64,000 bases of DNA from Octopus vulgaris. Its lineage: Eukaryota. A model generated the notes under the pieces. That model was not told the origin of the DNA and did not search any database. It saw only the letters and a program-made list of their open reading frames with translations. Shown in pieces: positions 29,535 to 43,350 of the stretch (positions within the stretch are counted from its first letter, which is position 1; every line of letters starts with the position of its first letter). The stretch spans positions 121,086,001 to 121,150,000 of the forward strand of contig OX597814.1 in NCBI GenBank assembly GCA_951406725.2, written 5' to 3'. A program made the position numbers and the translations under genes.

Positions 29535-29535
<1 letters not shown>
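28982..29535 (-). mobile_element. ~555-bp non-coding element bounded on both sides by (TAA)n
   Basis: Starts gccctgatgcagtacc after (AAT)n and ends cactcaataataat; partial second copy at 5929-6146. Confidence 0.8.
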
Positions 29536-29613
<78 letters not shown>

Positions 29614-29661
29614 TATTATTATTATCATTGTTATTATTATTATTATTACTATTATTATTAG

Positions 29662-29863
29662 TATTACTTTTTTTTCTTCTTTCAAATTTGCTTCCATTTC
29701 TTGCCGAGTGTCTTCCCGACTCCTAGGGCAAAGAAACTCATAGTATATATTGGTAGGCCATTAAACCAAACTCAATAGTTCGTTCATTTTTTTTTTTTTT
29801 TTTTTAAGTTAAATTAAAATACATGAGCAGCAACAGTTCTCACATCGACAATGCTCTTCTCAA

Positions 29864-29864
<1 letters not shown>
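29662..29864 (-). mobile_element. 3' end of R4/Dong-like LINE between two (TAA)n arrays
   Basis: Highly similar to 63100-63308 (ttcaaatttgcttccatttcttgccgagtgtcttcccgactcc; ttctcacatcgacaatgctcttctcaata). Confidence 0.85.
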
Positions 29865-29916
<52 letters not shown>

Positions 29917-30009
29917 GTAATATTATTATTATTAGGTAAACGTTCAGATTTCAAAAACCCTCTAAGCGAATTGTGCCTTTCCTCCACACGTGCTAAATGT
30001 AGTAACGTA

Positions 30010-30172
30010 TTCTTTTCTTCCTTAAGCACAAGGCCAAAATGTTTGGGGAGAGGGGGCCAGTCGACTGGATCGACTCCAGTGTGCCACAGGTACTTAATTT
30101 ATCGACCCCGAAAAGATGAAGTGCAAAGTCAACCTCGGCGGTATTTGAACTCAGAACGGAAAGACAGACCAA
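30010..30172 (-). mobile_element. SINE family A, tail 2, partial
   Basis: ggtacttaatttatcgaccccgaaa core on the reverse strand. Confidence 0.8.
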
Positions 30173-30450
30173 ATGTAGTAGCGTATTAAATATGATTCTA
30201 GTCAAGTACGTGTAACGATTTAATTGATCACTCTCTATCTCAAATGAAAAAAACACGAAACACTGATAAGGCATGCGGGAGGAATGTTAAAAGAGTAGGA
30301 GAAAATGTTTTATGTTAATTGTTTCGGATCTTTTCGTTCTGAAATTAATGTCGTGGAGTAAATACTCTCTCTTACACTGTTGGGAAAGTAAAGTACAGGT
30401 GTCTTGTACCTTCGGCTGAACTGACTCGTTGTAGCACTGCTGTTGATGCC

Positions 30451-30582
30451 TTCTTCTTCTTCTTCTTCTTCTTCTTCTTCTTCTTCTTCTTCTTCTTCTT
30501 CTTCTTCTTCTTCTTCTTCTTCTTCTTCTTCTTCTTCTTCTTCTTCTTCTTCTTCTTCTTCTTCTTCTTCTTCTTCTTCTTC
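30451..30582. repeat. Pure (TTC)n array
   Basis: Read directly; source of the poly-E/poly-K ORFs. Confidence 0.97.
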
Positions 30583-31057
30583 CAATAAGGAATCACGTCA
30601 TTAGCCTCAAAGAATAATCTCTAACTCGAGCCTACTCTAAGCTCTAAGAATATGCGCGGGAACTTGAAGATCCACCAACCACACGCGATAGACTGGCGGT
30701 TGCACTGGCGCGAAAGCTACGTTGTTATCCTCATTCGGTAAACAGTGGCTTTTAACGGGTGGAGAGCTGAACCATCCTGGGGTACAGAGGATTCGCAATC
30801 TAGACTAGGGTCTGAAAGTTTACCACACCATAGTGGCTTACACCATGGTTCCTCTGCTTTGTGGCAGAGGTAGGAAGAAAGAATGAGAGAAAGTTGTGGT
30901 GAAAGAGTACAGCGGGGTTCACCACCACCTCCCGCCGATGACCCGTGGAGCTTAGGTGTTTTTGCTCAATAAATACTCAAAATGCCCGGTCTGGGTATCG
31001 AAACCGCGTTCTTACGACCGCGAGTCCGCTGCTCTAGCCACTGGGCCATTGCACCTC
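30583..31057 (-). mobile_element. SINE family C head with a ~290-bp unique body running into (GAA)n
   Basis: 30870-31057 matches the C head; that 30583-30870 belongs to the same element is inferred. Confidence 0.65.
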
Positions 31058-33533
31058 AACTTGTTGCTGCTGTTGTTTCACAACAAATTGGCACTGATCA
31101 CAAAGATTATTGATCAATAACAATCTTCGTATTATATCCAATACTTAAACGCTTACATTTTGCAGCTAAGCTTTCGTAAAACAAATATCCATGAAATCTC
31201 TCGCTCTTAATCTTGTCAACATTATTATTAAGATATAACCAATCAACTAGAAAAATAACTCCAATTTCTTCTACAAACCGAAACTCCTTTGTGTGTCGTT
31301 AATGCTATTTAAGAGAGCACTCAGGTTTCTTATATTGTTGCTGTTCATGATATATGAGATTATAACAGATTAAGATTTGGGTCAACCGATGCAGAGGCTT
31401 CCATAGCAATATGTGTATTTGTTTCATAAAATTATTATAACAAATATAAACAGGTAAAATGACTAAAAATGCAGTCTGAATAAACTAGTGATAGTCTCTG
31501 TCAGAAAATATTTTGAGTGGCGTCATGTGTTTGGATACAGTCTTATAGTTTGGAGTGAAAAGTAATTTCATGTTTCATAATTGACTTATCATGTGTGAGG
31601 AAAAAATATATTTCTTCTACTAAAACAGGGTTTCTTCTTGAACAAAGTGCAATTATTCTACACGCTATATTGACGTACTCATATACATGAAGCTCATGTC
31701 AGGAACACTTGCTCACGACAATTATGGAAAAAAATTTCCATTGAAGTAGCGCTAAGCACGACAACGCATATAATAAAGAGTTTCTTGTACATTTCTAAGG
31801 ACAAAATATCTTGATATTCATAATAACAGCATTCCATGGAACTGTTGCTGATTGCTTGTTTCCATATCACCATGAAGCGTATGAAAGAAATAGCAAATCG
31901 ATATGTTACTAATTATATATCGGAATATATATGTCGAATTTTTCACACACGCAATTTAACTCGTCATCATAACGAGAAATAGTGAGCAAACAAGGGAAAC
32001 ATTATGTTGCCATTCATTCAACCAGCTGAAAATAGCAAAGAAATCATCCTTAAATCACATACTCCAGATATGAAATAAGAAAAAGAGGGTAACTACGATA
32101 ATGCAGTCCTCGATATTTCCCAAGCATTGGGATAAGAGAGTCACATATGTAATCCATTTGATCATATTTACGTTCAAGCATGTTTGGCGATTTGAGGATA
32201 AATAACAAGAAAGCTTACAAGGGTGTCTTAACCACGAGAAAATCTCACAATTAAGACAAATAGTGTCAAATAATGAGGGAAGATTTCAGACAGTTCTATA
32301 TTTAAGAAATGAGGTATTATATAAATAAACAAAGATTTCATTTTACATATGACAATTTTAAAATTTCACCGCAAATATAATTATTAATAAATTTTCATTT
32401 GCTCGGTGAGCAACAGCAGTCGAAAGGATAACTTCAGTATTTATTCCGAATACGTTCCGCCAGATTATTCCGGGGTGTCTTTCACTAAATAGACTCAACA
32501 ATGTCGAAAAACAAAAAAGACAGGCAATTCAAATTACCTGTACGCAAATGAATCGAGTGTGATACGAACACAGTTTCGTCTGAAACGAAAATGTCTTCTC
32601 CAATGAATAAGCACATTAACATTTAGCATAATTTACATTCGAACCTGTCGTAACCTGATAAGAATGATTGTGTAAGTTATCATTGTTATTACTCTTTCTG
32701 AAATTAGTTTCGGTAACTGTTTAAATATTTGATAAATTTTCTGTTCTTCTCCACTCTATAAATTTAACTTACTCGTAGTCGACAATATTCGCAGAGCCAT
32801 ATATCCTTTAGGTGTACTTTTAACTTATTAAATATGCTCTCACGTACATAACTGTCGAAATATCATTCCGGCGGTTTCCATACAATTGAGCTAAATGTCT
32901 CTTATTGCTACTAACTATAACTAATCGATTCTCTTTCTAATACTCTCATAATTTAATTAAGGACACAATTCCACTTCTGACACACTTCGCTTTCGATATA
33001 TGCAGATATACATACAAACGTGTACATGTATGCAGCTACGTATGCATGCATGCACAATTGTATGCTTGTACGTATGTGTATATGTATGTGTGTTTACATA
33101 TGTATGTATGTATATGAATCTCTGGCTGTAGTTTATTCCGTAGTCGCTGATGAAGATAAAATTAAATCGTCAATAACGCTATTCCTTTTCACAGCTCATC
33201 CGAAAATAATCTGCTTTTTAAATGTGTCCGTTCTGCTTCAGCGCCCACGAATGATTCATTAATATATTTGTTTTAGTTCAGTTAATTATACTTTTCAGTT
33301 CTACAAAAGAAATAGGCTACAGCTGATCATGTTGAAAAAGAATATGTAGCTAGCGAGCCCTCATCTTAAAAGTAGTAACAGTTTCCTCCTCATCATCATT
33401 ATCATCATAAAAATCAACAGCACCAGCGCCATCACAGCCATCATCACAAGCAGTAACAATAGTCTCCTTCATCCTCCTGCTTCTCCTCGTCCTCCCCTTC
33501 CTCCTCTTCTCTTTTTCATTTTTTTTCTTTTTG

Positions 33534-34149
33534 AGCTGATAGAATTGTTATCACGGAGGACAAAATGCTCAGCTGCATTTAGTCCGCCTTTACTTTCTGA
33601 TACCAAATGCCACCGAGATCGACTTTGCCTTTCATCTCTTCGGGGTCAATTAAATAAGCACTAAACGATCACTGGAATCGATATAATTGACATAGCCTCT
33701 TCTCCATGCCAAAATCTGAAACCATTTCTTTTTTCCACTTTTTATTTAGTTTGCAGAATCGTTAGCACGCAGGAGAAAATGCTTAGCGATATTTCGTCCG
33801 TCTTTAGTTACTGGTTTTCATCGACCCGAAAGAATAAAAAGCAAATTCTTCCTTGGTGGAATTTGAAATCGGAACGTAAAAATGGGACGAAATGCCGCAA
33901 AGCATTTTGCCCGGCGCCCGAACGCTTCTCTCGGCTCGCTGCCTTATTTATATATCTGTGTGTGTGTGTGTGTGTTATTGATTTCAAATTTTGACACAAG
34001 GCCAGCATATTCGATGGAAGAAGCAAGTGTTGAACTGGTACTTATTTTATCGACCCTTGAAATGCCGAACGGCAAAGTCGACCCCAGCGGCACAAGAACT
34101 CAGAAGCTAAAGGCGGGCGATATGCCAACCATTCTGCCAGCCCGCCGCC
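33534..34149. mobile_element. Cluster of four old SINE family A pieces in both orientations
   Basis: Plus-strand copies at about 33534 and 33753; minus-strand copies ending at about 33943 and 34149. Confidence 0.75.
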
Positions 34150-35316
34150 CTGTGTATTCGTAATATTAGCAATACGCATAAAATATAAACATAGTAATTG
34201 GTCAAAACCGTGTTTTTTGTATATATTTTTTTTATTAAACTATTCCTTTTTTATATACATAAAATATAAAACATTATCTTCATTAACATCAACATCGTCG
34301 ACATTATCAGCGTTACCACCACCACCACCATCATCATTTTCATCATCATCACCCTCAACATCGACATCATCGCCATCAATATCATCATCATCGACGTCGT
34401 CGTCGTCATCATCATCATCACCATTACCACAAGTGAATTACTTCCTTTCCGCTCTCACAATCAAATTTCATTGACATCAATGATTATTTTGGTGAAACGC
34501 TGTGTCATGTTTAATATTTTCTGTTAATTCAGAAATTTATGTACAAATCAATAGAGAAAATTACTGAGAACAATAACAAAATGGTTGAAAAGCGAAACAT
34601 AATACATTCTATAAATTTTGCTTTTTTTATTGTATTGCTGTCATTATAGATGCGTGTCAGGCATAGGTCTACATTGAATGTTAGGAGCGAGTAGTGTGAT
34701 TTAATTATTTTCGGAATTCGAGCACTAATTTAGAATGAAATCTTTTGATTCTAAGAGAAATGTCATGTTTATGGTTTGTATTAGATTTCTTCTGGGCAAC
34801 CATGTATATTTAACGAGTCAAAGATGAAATAAATATCAATGTATTGTGTAATATTACAATGATATTTCGTGCTTATGCATATTACGTAAGATGAAAAACA
34901 AACACGATATACGAGTGGAGAAGTATTCCATTATGTGCTGGTTGTATGTGCTTGAAATAGCAGTCATTTCAATCAAACTACAGCATTAAAACCTAAAGTG
35001 TATTCAGGATTTATATGATGCTTGAGGCATCGGCAACAAATGCATATTTGACAAAGGCACAGCGGATAACGAAATCTGCAGGAGGTCGGCTTACTAGCCA
35101 AACATTCGATGAATTGCATGCATGCAAGACACATAGCTATGTACTATGGACATGAAGTCTCAGTAAGCACGTCGTATATTACTAATGAGTTTTATGTGGT
35201 AGTGTTGTTTTGTTGATGTTACATTTGTGCTTTGCGTTGCTGTTTCGTAAGTTAATGGCTTTGCACATAAGCCCGTTACCATTTTGTCATCCTCTATCTC
35301 ATTATTTGTTTACATA

Positions 35317-35463
35317 GGCGCAGGAGTGGCTTGCTTACCAACCACATGGTTCTGGGTTCAGTCCTACTGCATGTCAACTTGGGCAAGTGCTTCTATTATA
35401 GCCTCGGGCCGACTAAAGCTTTGTAAGTAGACTTGGTAGACGGAAACTGAAAGAAGCCCGTCG

Positions 35464-35495
<32 letters not shown>

Positions 35496-35710
35496 TGTGT
35501 GTTTGTGAGTCTGTGTTTGTCTCCCCAACATCGCTTGACAACCAATGCTGGTGTGTTTACGTCCCGTAACTTAGCAATTCGTCAAAAGAGACGGATAGAA
35601 TAAGTACTAGGCTTACAAAGAATAAGTCCTGGGGTCGATTTGATTCGACTAAAGGCGGTGCTCCAGCATGGCTGCAGTCAAATGACTAAAACAAGTAAAA
35701 TAGTAAAAGT
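35317..35710 (+). mobile_element. SINE family B, near full length with internal (TA)n(TG)n
   Basis: ggcgcaggagtggc head; ggcggtgctccagcatggctgcagtcaaatgactaaaacaagtaaaa tail. Confidence 0.9.
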
Positions 35711-35969
35711 GTATCTAACATCTCGGATACGAAACGTTGTAACAAATACCAATGCTGGCTATAATATCTATAGAATATCAGTAGAGATGACCTTCACAAA
35801 TGATTTTTGTCTGTGCCTTGGATTTATCATAATAATCATCGATTTAATAATCAGTCATTCTTTTGTTAATCCAGGACTAAATTTCTGCATTTTGAGCTAC
35901 GTTTCCGCCATTATTGTCCGAAAATATGTTCTGTCGTGATGTTCTTATGTGATATGGAATTAATTGCTC

Positions 35970-36000
<31 letters not shown>

Positions 36001-36061
36001 GCATGCGTACACATTTGTATATATGTAGGTAATTATGTGGATAAACAAATTTGATATACCC

Positions 36062-36109
<48 letters not shown>

Positions 36110-36256
36110 GTGAAATAGAAAGATGAATAATCTTGTAGTAGATTAATCAAAAGTTTAACCGATACCTTAGTAGCAAAAATCACAGCAGTAAAACAGCACG
36201 GTTGGAGGTACAACCATATGGTGTTGCAACCGTGCGTTGGTGCGGATAATTGAAAT

Positions 36257-36552
36257 TAAAACATTATTGGTGAATTGAAGAAATGGAGCTGAACGCAGAT
36301 TGAACAGAAATCGTTTTATTTCATTCTACACGTGTTTCGAAAGGCACAAATTACCAAAATCCGATTGAATAATGGGACCATATTGTGTCTTTCTCTTCAG
36401 GATTTCCTATTTTCTTCCTGAAGAGAAAGACACAATATGGTCCCATTATTCAATCGGATTTTGGTAATTTGTGCCTTTCGAAACACGTGTAGAATGAAAT
36501 AAAACGATTTCTGTTCAATCTGCGTTCAGCTCCATTTCTTCAATTCACCAAT

Positions 36553-36561
<9 letters not shown>
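36257..36561. repeat. Perfect inverted repeat, 146-bp arms, 13-nt spacer
   Basis: 36257-36402 is the reverse complement of 36416-36561; no mismatch found by eye. Confidence 0.95.
36410..36500 (+). ncRNA. Type I hammerhead ribozyme with long stem II; mirror copy on the minus strand at about 36325-36402
   Basis: tttcttc-CTGAAGA-gaaagacacaa...ttgtgcctttc-GAAA-cacgtg-TA-gaatgaaa; GUA at 36489-36491. Confidence 0.85.
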
Positions 36562-36593
<32 letters not shown>

Positions 36594-37209
36594 TCAAGTA
36601 GAAGATAACTCTGATATAAAATCAGACATGTTGGGATTGCCATTGAACGTTTTGGGGATCTTACTTGCTCTTGAGATCATGGCGCACCCACATTCTGGAC
36701 CGTTCGATCCTTCTTTGACACTGGATAATTTCCACTCTGTTGCCTACGGATCATGTTTTTAGGGTGGAGAAGATATAGGACTTGAAATATTAGGTTGTGC
36801 AATCATCGGCGATTTTCCGATGCCCTGTCGATAAGGTGGGCAATGCCGCAAGCATGGAGGTCGAGTTCGCAAACCCCCGCTGTGAACCAAGCCCCGTGTC
36901 TTACAGTGCAATAATTCCCCCAGTGGTTAATCGTGTATCTTAGGCTATTTGCATTGACAATTATCCAAGTGTGATCTGTCTCGGTCGCGAGTGGACATCC
37001 ATCATAATCATGTATGTATATATGTATGCTTGCGTAAACGCTTAGGACCAATTTACTAATTTTTTTCTGGTAAAGTATTGGTAAACTTGAGTCTACCGTA
37101 GAAGATCACTGGTTATTTTGCTGAGCGGGAGGAGAGAAGTAGGAAACAATTCATTGTCAATCGAATTTCTTTAGACACACCTATTGTTGTTTACACACAT
37201 AATATGTAA

Positions 37210-37530
37210 GGAGCACTCCGTCGGTTACATTAACGAGGGTCCCAGCTGATACGATCAACGGAACAGCCTACTCGTGAAATTAACGTGCAAGTGACTGAGC
37301 AATCCACAGACACACGTACCCCTAACGTAGTTCTCAGGGAGATTCAGCATGACACAGTGTGACAAGGCCGGCCCCTTAAGATACAGGTACAACTCATTTT
37401 TGCCAGTTGTGTTGACTGGTGCAACGTGAAATAAAGTGTCTTGCTCAAGGACACAACGCGTCGCCGGGAATTGAACTCACGACCTTACAATCGTGAGCTG
37501 AATGCCCTAAACACTAAGCCACGCGCCTTC
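37210..37530 (-). mobile_element. SINE family D, full length
   Basis: tRNA-like head gaaggcgcgtggcttagtg..gagttcaattcc; 14-bp TSD cacataatatg(t/c)aa. Confidence 0.9.
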
Positions 37531-38757
37531 ACCACATAATATGCAAATTGTTATTACATTTATTATCTAGTGAAGACGATACCTGAAAAGAAAAACAGTT
37601 TGCTACATGATTACGGCATCAATACCAATGCTACAATGAGGTGTAGACAGCAATACATTGTTTCAATGATGCTTCTATAGTCTTCGTAGAACATTCAATC
37701 GCTAAATGCTTCCCATTTGGAATTTGAACACGCTATTTTGAACAATATTATGTTGCACATACTTAAATCTTAATTACATATGTGTGTATGTGCAAATATG
37801 TGTGTATGTATGTGTATGTGTGTATGTGTGTGAGCACGTGTGTCTGTGGCGTGTGTGTGTATGCTGTTCCTGTCAGATGTTCATATATACTAAACAAACC
37901 GATGTCATATACTGTCAACCTCTCATCACATTTTCCTAATTTCTTTTTTCAGCACACATATACCAGATAAACTCGACGCAGAGTTTCCTATCTAGATTAA
38001 GACTTTACTAATGAGTTGTTCTGCCTGATAACTATAGTTAATTGAATTATTTGTAAAGTTGCGCAATATGTTACTTGATTTATAAATATAATTGGGAAGA
38101 TAGGAAAACTGAGTACAAGTCATGTGTGCTATGTATCTCGGTGTAGATAGTAATAAGGATCTTTAAAAAAGAGTAGGAAAACATCTGATAAATGGAGTAT
38201 AAGAAATAGTAAAGAGTAGGATACTTTTTCTTACAGCGTGATATAGATTTCTCCAATTAATTCATTGATTTTTATTAATGGAACAATTGATTTGCATTTA
38301 GCGACATTTTTTTTGAGTTCACTGGGGATATATCAATATTATTGATAATAATCTCAATATAATTTAATATCGCCAGTTAGAGAAACCGAAGCGTTATAGG
38401 TCTTTAGAAGTGTGTAGATCAGAGGAAATGCATTAGTTGATAAAAATTACGTCTAATGTAAAGAGTACGACAGCATAATGATAAGTTTATGGCTGAATAT
38501 GATCGTTAGTATTACACGGATTTATCAATCTTAAATTTATGCAGCTAGAATGGCTGGAGGAAATTACCAAGAGACATTTTTTTTCAACGAATGCTTCAGT
38601 GTATGCTAACAAACTTTATGCTAGAATCAAAAGAAAGGAGTGTGATAATAATTAAAATTACTCTTTTAGGGATGGAAAAGAACATTACGTAAATTAATAA
38701 TTTTCGGCAGGAAAGGTAGGGAGAGGACACTGAAGGTTTTAACACAGAAAGTTTGCA

Positions 38758-39265
<508 letters not shown>

Positions 39266-41092
39266 ATATAATGAGTCCTGTTTTGCAAATACATTGCAAG
39301 ACAGACAGTTTTTATTAGACAGACGCAATGAAGCATACTTTCTTGATCGGTACTATCCAGTCGTCAGAAGGATGTTATATAATTATTCTGATTGAATAGA
39401 AATTGGTGAGAATGAAAACGTACAATAATGAGTTGGGTTAATCTGCTCAGGTTTGTCTTTATCATAGTAGTATCTCACAACTAACTGCATGACTGCTTTC
39501 AGCATTTTTATTATACTTTGGTCATTGAAACATCGCATTTGCCTCCTTGAATTTAGTGTACACCAGTATCCATTATGTTTAATGCTTAATAAATAGTGAT
39601 ATTTCTACTGCCCTACGGAAGTACTTTCAATAAATAAAATGGTGTATTTTTGGCTCATTTTATTAAATATGCTTATTTTATAATAAATAAATATGCTTAT
39701 TTTATAATAACACTGTAGAGTGTTGTGGTAGATTTCAAAATTGGAAATTTCAAATCTTTAATAAAAGTCTGAGTATAAAAACAGGTAGGATTTAGTTGGC
39801 TTCGTTATTTCAAAATAACAATGGGGTACCGTAGGTTAATGATTCTGTAATTTAGTAAGTAGGCTGTGAAGTACGACAAGGCTGTAGTCCTATTAAACAT
39901 CTTCAAAGCAAAAATCTCACTAGTTCTGGGCTGACGAAATTAAAAAGAAAAAACAATTGTTTCTCTATTTAATTTTATTTACTTCAGCATTCTATACACA
40001 AACAGTCATTACTTTAAAACGAATCTTCATATTAGTAACACCTACACAATATCCAAAAGAAAAATAAATACTATTTCACGAGTTAGATATGTGAAATAAG
40101 ATTTGTGTTAAAGATTGTTCCAAGATAATTTCAAGAAAACATTTTCTTTTGGAATTGTTTTTGACTTCTAGATTAAGATACAGTTACGAGAGTATCCATT
40201 TATCGACTAAATTACATGGCGACGGCGTATTTATTTGTTCTCTAATAAATGTCATGCAGATATATATAGTTGTAAAATTGAAATGAAATGGTGAAACATG
40301 CTAATGCTTAAACTTTATTCAGATTTGTTTAATCTCTCCCATTTTATGGCATTATTTAAAGTTGGGTCATTGAATTACTCCTGTGAGGCTAAATACTCTG
40401 TCGTTAAAACATTCTGGCAATGTTTCAAATTGTGAAATGTACTTGATCTACTTTCAATATCGTGACGTATTTTGGCATCCATTCAAAAACAATGAATATG
40501 TACCAGAAAAGCACAGACGGATTGTAAAATGTTAACTAGATTAGAATTTCAGTAGTATTTGTCTGAGATGATATCGTCAGGGAATATAACAAAATTAAAT
40601 AACTCAATATATTCTATATAACTTATTTTTATTGTTACTTACTTTAAAATTGCCTACATATAACTTCTTGAACAAAATATTGCTACAACTCGTTCGCTTA
40701 TATGTTCTTTTATCTTTGTTCAACTTTAGTTGTGTAATGTATTAAATTCTAACTACAAAGAGAAAATAAAAGAAAAATGACACACAAACTCTTTCACATG
40801 TACACAAAAAGATGGATACATAGATACATACACAAGCATATTCACACATCTATATATACGTATTTCTTTATGTATACATGTATGTATGTGTGTGTCTGTG
40901 CGTGCATCTTTGCTTTTCTGTATGTATATGTGTACATGCATGTATGCTAGAAATGTACCTCAAGAAATGACTTTGAAAATGTATGTAGAGTTTTAAATAA
41001 GATTTCCATAAATCTTCTAAAGAAGACCAGGTGCATTCTAAATTTCTTTTCTTTCAGTTTTTTACACAAACACACACACATGTACACGCACA

Positions 41093-41139
<47 letters not shown>

Positions 41140-41201
41140 GTATACAAATATATATATATATATATATATACATATATACTTATATATATACATATATATA
41201 C

Positions 41202-41255
<54 letters not shown>

Positions 41256-41333
41256 GTTAAACAGGAGGTGAATCATAAAGGAAGGAAAACATCTCAAGTC
41301 ATGTACAATATTTTTGCAGGAAGAAATTCGAAT

Positions 41334-41388
41334 TATTACAGCTGTTCCTGGGATATCCTCGAGTACGGGACATGCCGTCATCAGAGAC
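41334..41388 (-). ncRNA. Degenerate hammerhead, same family as 12133
   Basis: gtct-CTGATGA-c.ggcatgtcc(cgtactcga)ggatatccc.a-GGAA-cagctg-TA-ata. One core substitution and a weakened stem I. Confidence 0.7.
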
Positions 41389-41585
41389 ACATTGGAGGAA
41401 AATATGGAAAACGAGAATGGTATATATCAATAAGATGACAACATAGATGAAGGTATTAAAAGAATAAGGATATGGAAAGAGAGAAGAAAAAATAAGCATA
41501 AAAGTTCATAGTTCAACTTTCCGAAGTTATAGAAACCTAATCGTTTAGATCACCTGTGAACTAAAACCCATACTCTGTATATATA

Positions 41586-42033
41586 TCTATTATATACAAT
41601 CTGTTCTGTCTGTGTGTGTGTGTCTTCTAGGATCTCGGGCATCCTCCATCCGATTGCGCTCAAATTTGATATGTAGATATCGACGGTATCAGGGCGTGTA
41701 TAAGTCTTGAAAAAATTACAAAAATCGTTTCCAGGTGAGAATGCGATCGATAAAGCCGTTTTTGTCCTGCTTTTCTTCCGTCAACCTGTACATAACTGCA
41801 CCTCCCAATTTTTATTGTTTTTGTACTGCTTAAAGGCACGTTTCTTTCCTGCCAAGCTTAGTGTTTAAACCATGTTTGTGTTCTCCCAGTCAACAGCCTT
41901 ATCACTACTGGTACTTTAAACTCTTCGATTTAAAGGGGAGGCCTATGGGACGATCGGACAACTTGTTTTGAGAAAATTTGCTTTAAATGTTTGACATCTC
42001 AGCACCGTCCATTTGACGGGGGGCGTTTTGCTC

Positions 42034-42034
<1 letters not shown>
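41586..42034 (+). mobile_element. Non-autonomous Helitron-like element
   Basis: A|TCTATTATATACAA start, 3' hairpin ccgtc-cattt-gacgg, CTCG|T end (CTAG variant); partial second copy at about 57440-57690. Confidence 0.7.
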
Positions 42035-42067
<33 letters not shown>

Positions 42068-42289
42068 GCGTGTGTGTGTGTATAAAGGGGTGTACATTAA
42101 AGTGCGATCCGTAATGAAAAATCGGTCTCAATAATGGGTTCCACGTTCTACTTCAGTATCTAGTGTAGTACGACATAGCGTATCAACCTAGGTATAGACT
42201 AGTGTACCGAATACGAAGCAATTAAAAGAAAAATAATAACAGGTATCGTAATCCATACTTTATGAGATATAATCATGTTTCATCTAAAT

Positions 42290-42562
42290 CAGTGGTTCCA
42301 AAACTTTTTCAGGCTGCCGCCCTCTTGACACCTGGGTCAGATTCCTAGCGTCCGCACCCAACTAAACATCACAAACATTGACCACTTTCTGAAGCAAATT
42401 CAAAGCAACTGTATTTCACTAATAGAACTTAACACAATGGACGCAATATTTTATTGTTTTACATGAATCGCTACCCCATTATTGCCCCGCTTTATTTCCA
42501 TGCTCCCTTGGAACTTTCTACTGCCCCCAAGGGGACAATACCGCCCAATTCGGGAACAACTG
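42290..42562. mobile_element. hAT-type MITE
   Basis: Imperfect TIRs cagtggttccaaaa / ttcgggaacaactg; 8-bp TSD atctaaat/atctgaat. Confidence 0.8.
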
Positions 42563-42649
42563 ATCTGAATGCTCAAATAATTACATAACTCTACACCATG
42601 CATGATCGACTGAAATGCTATGTACCATTGCTGTCATAAAGGACTGGTG

Positions 42650-43350
42650 ATCAAAACTGGGTTACATGAAATATACTTACTGAATATGCAACATTTTCAC
42701 CATCCCATCAATCTCTGCTTCATGCTCTATACGTTTCAGGTCCTGTTGATATCTGGCTCTATCCTCGATATTTTCGGCCTTCCACCCAAATTCTTACCTA
42801 TTTCGATGATTTTCTTGTCGATTTAGCAAGACGTTATAAAGTATCATTTTCAAATTTGTTATTTCCAAGTATTGTTGTAGTTATTTCTTTATTCTCACCG
42901 TCCTTTCCACATACGTTTATGACTTAACACCTTTGAAAACAATAAACATTTTCTTCATGTCGGATACAAGTTTGTAAAAGCTTGCCAATATTCTTAGATA
43001 ATTCTTAGATAATATTCGTAGATAATTTTCTATTCCTATTGTAGCTATTTTCTGATAAATTTGTATTGTTGCAGAAGACACCTCCATTTATGCATTTGAA
43101 GAAAATATTGCATCTGATACTGGGCGGTGGATTTTACTTGCAACCATTAGTTTCCACATTTTACAGTATTACGGAGTGGGGCTTCTTTTGTTGTTTTATC
43201 GACAGTTTCACTTTGGATCTCGCTGTTATGCTATATGTGTCATAAGTATAACGAATGACCAGAACAATTAAAATGTTTCACTTATCCTTGCTTACATTTA
43301 TTCTGGTTTAAATTTTAATCGGGCACAATGATACAATTTCTTCTTGAGCG
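42650..43350 (-). pseudogene. Possible ancient CR1/L2-like reverse-transcriptase remnant
   Basis: Faint motifs only: HRPVS (NYRPVS-like) and YQQDLKRI..MLHI (LQxDL-like). Confidence 0.3.

Noticed and set aside
29470-29535. HDV-like ribozyme at the 5' end of the TAA-bounded element
   Set aside because: P1- and P4-like hairpins exist, but I could not place P2, P3, P1.1 or the catalytic C.
30310-30596. Poly-E and poly-K ORFs
   Set aside because: Translation of the (TTC)n array.
36590-37051. GC-richer island with an 82-aa minus-strand ORF
   Set aside because: No recognisable motif; probably an old transposon fragment.
39330-39370. Minus-strand CTGACGA...GAAAgtatgcTT
   Set aside because: No stem I and a mismatched stem II.
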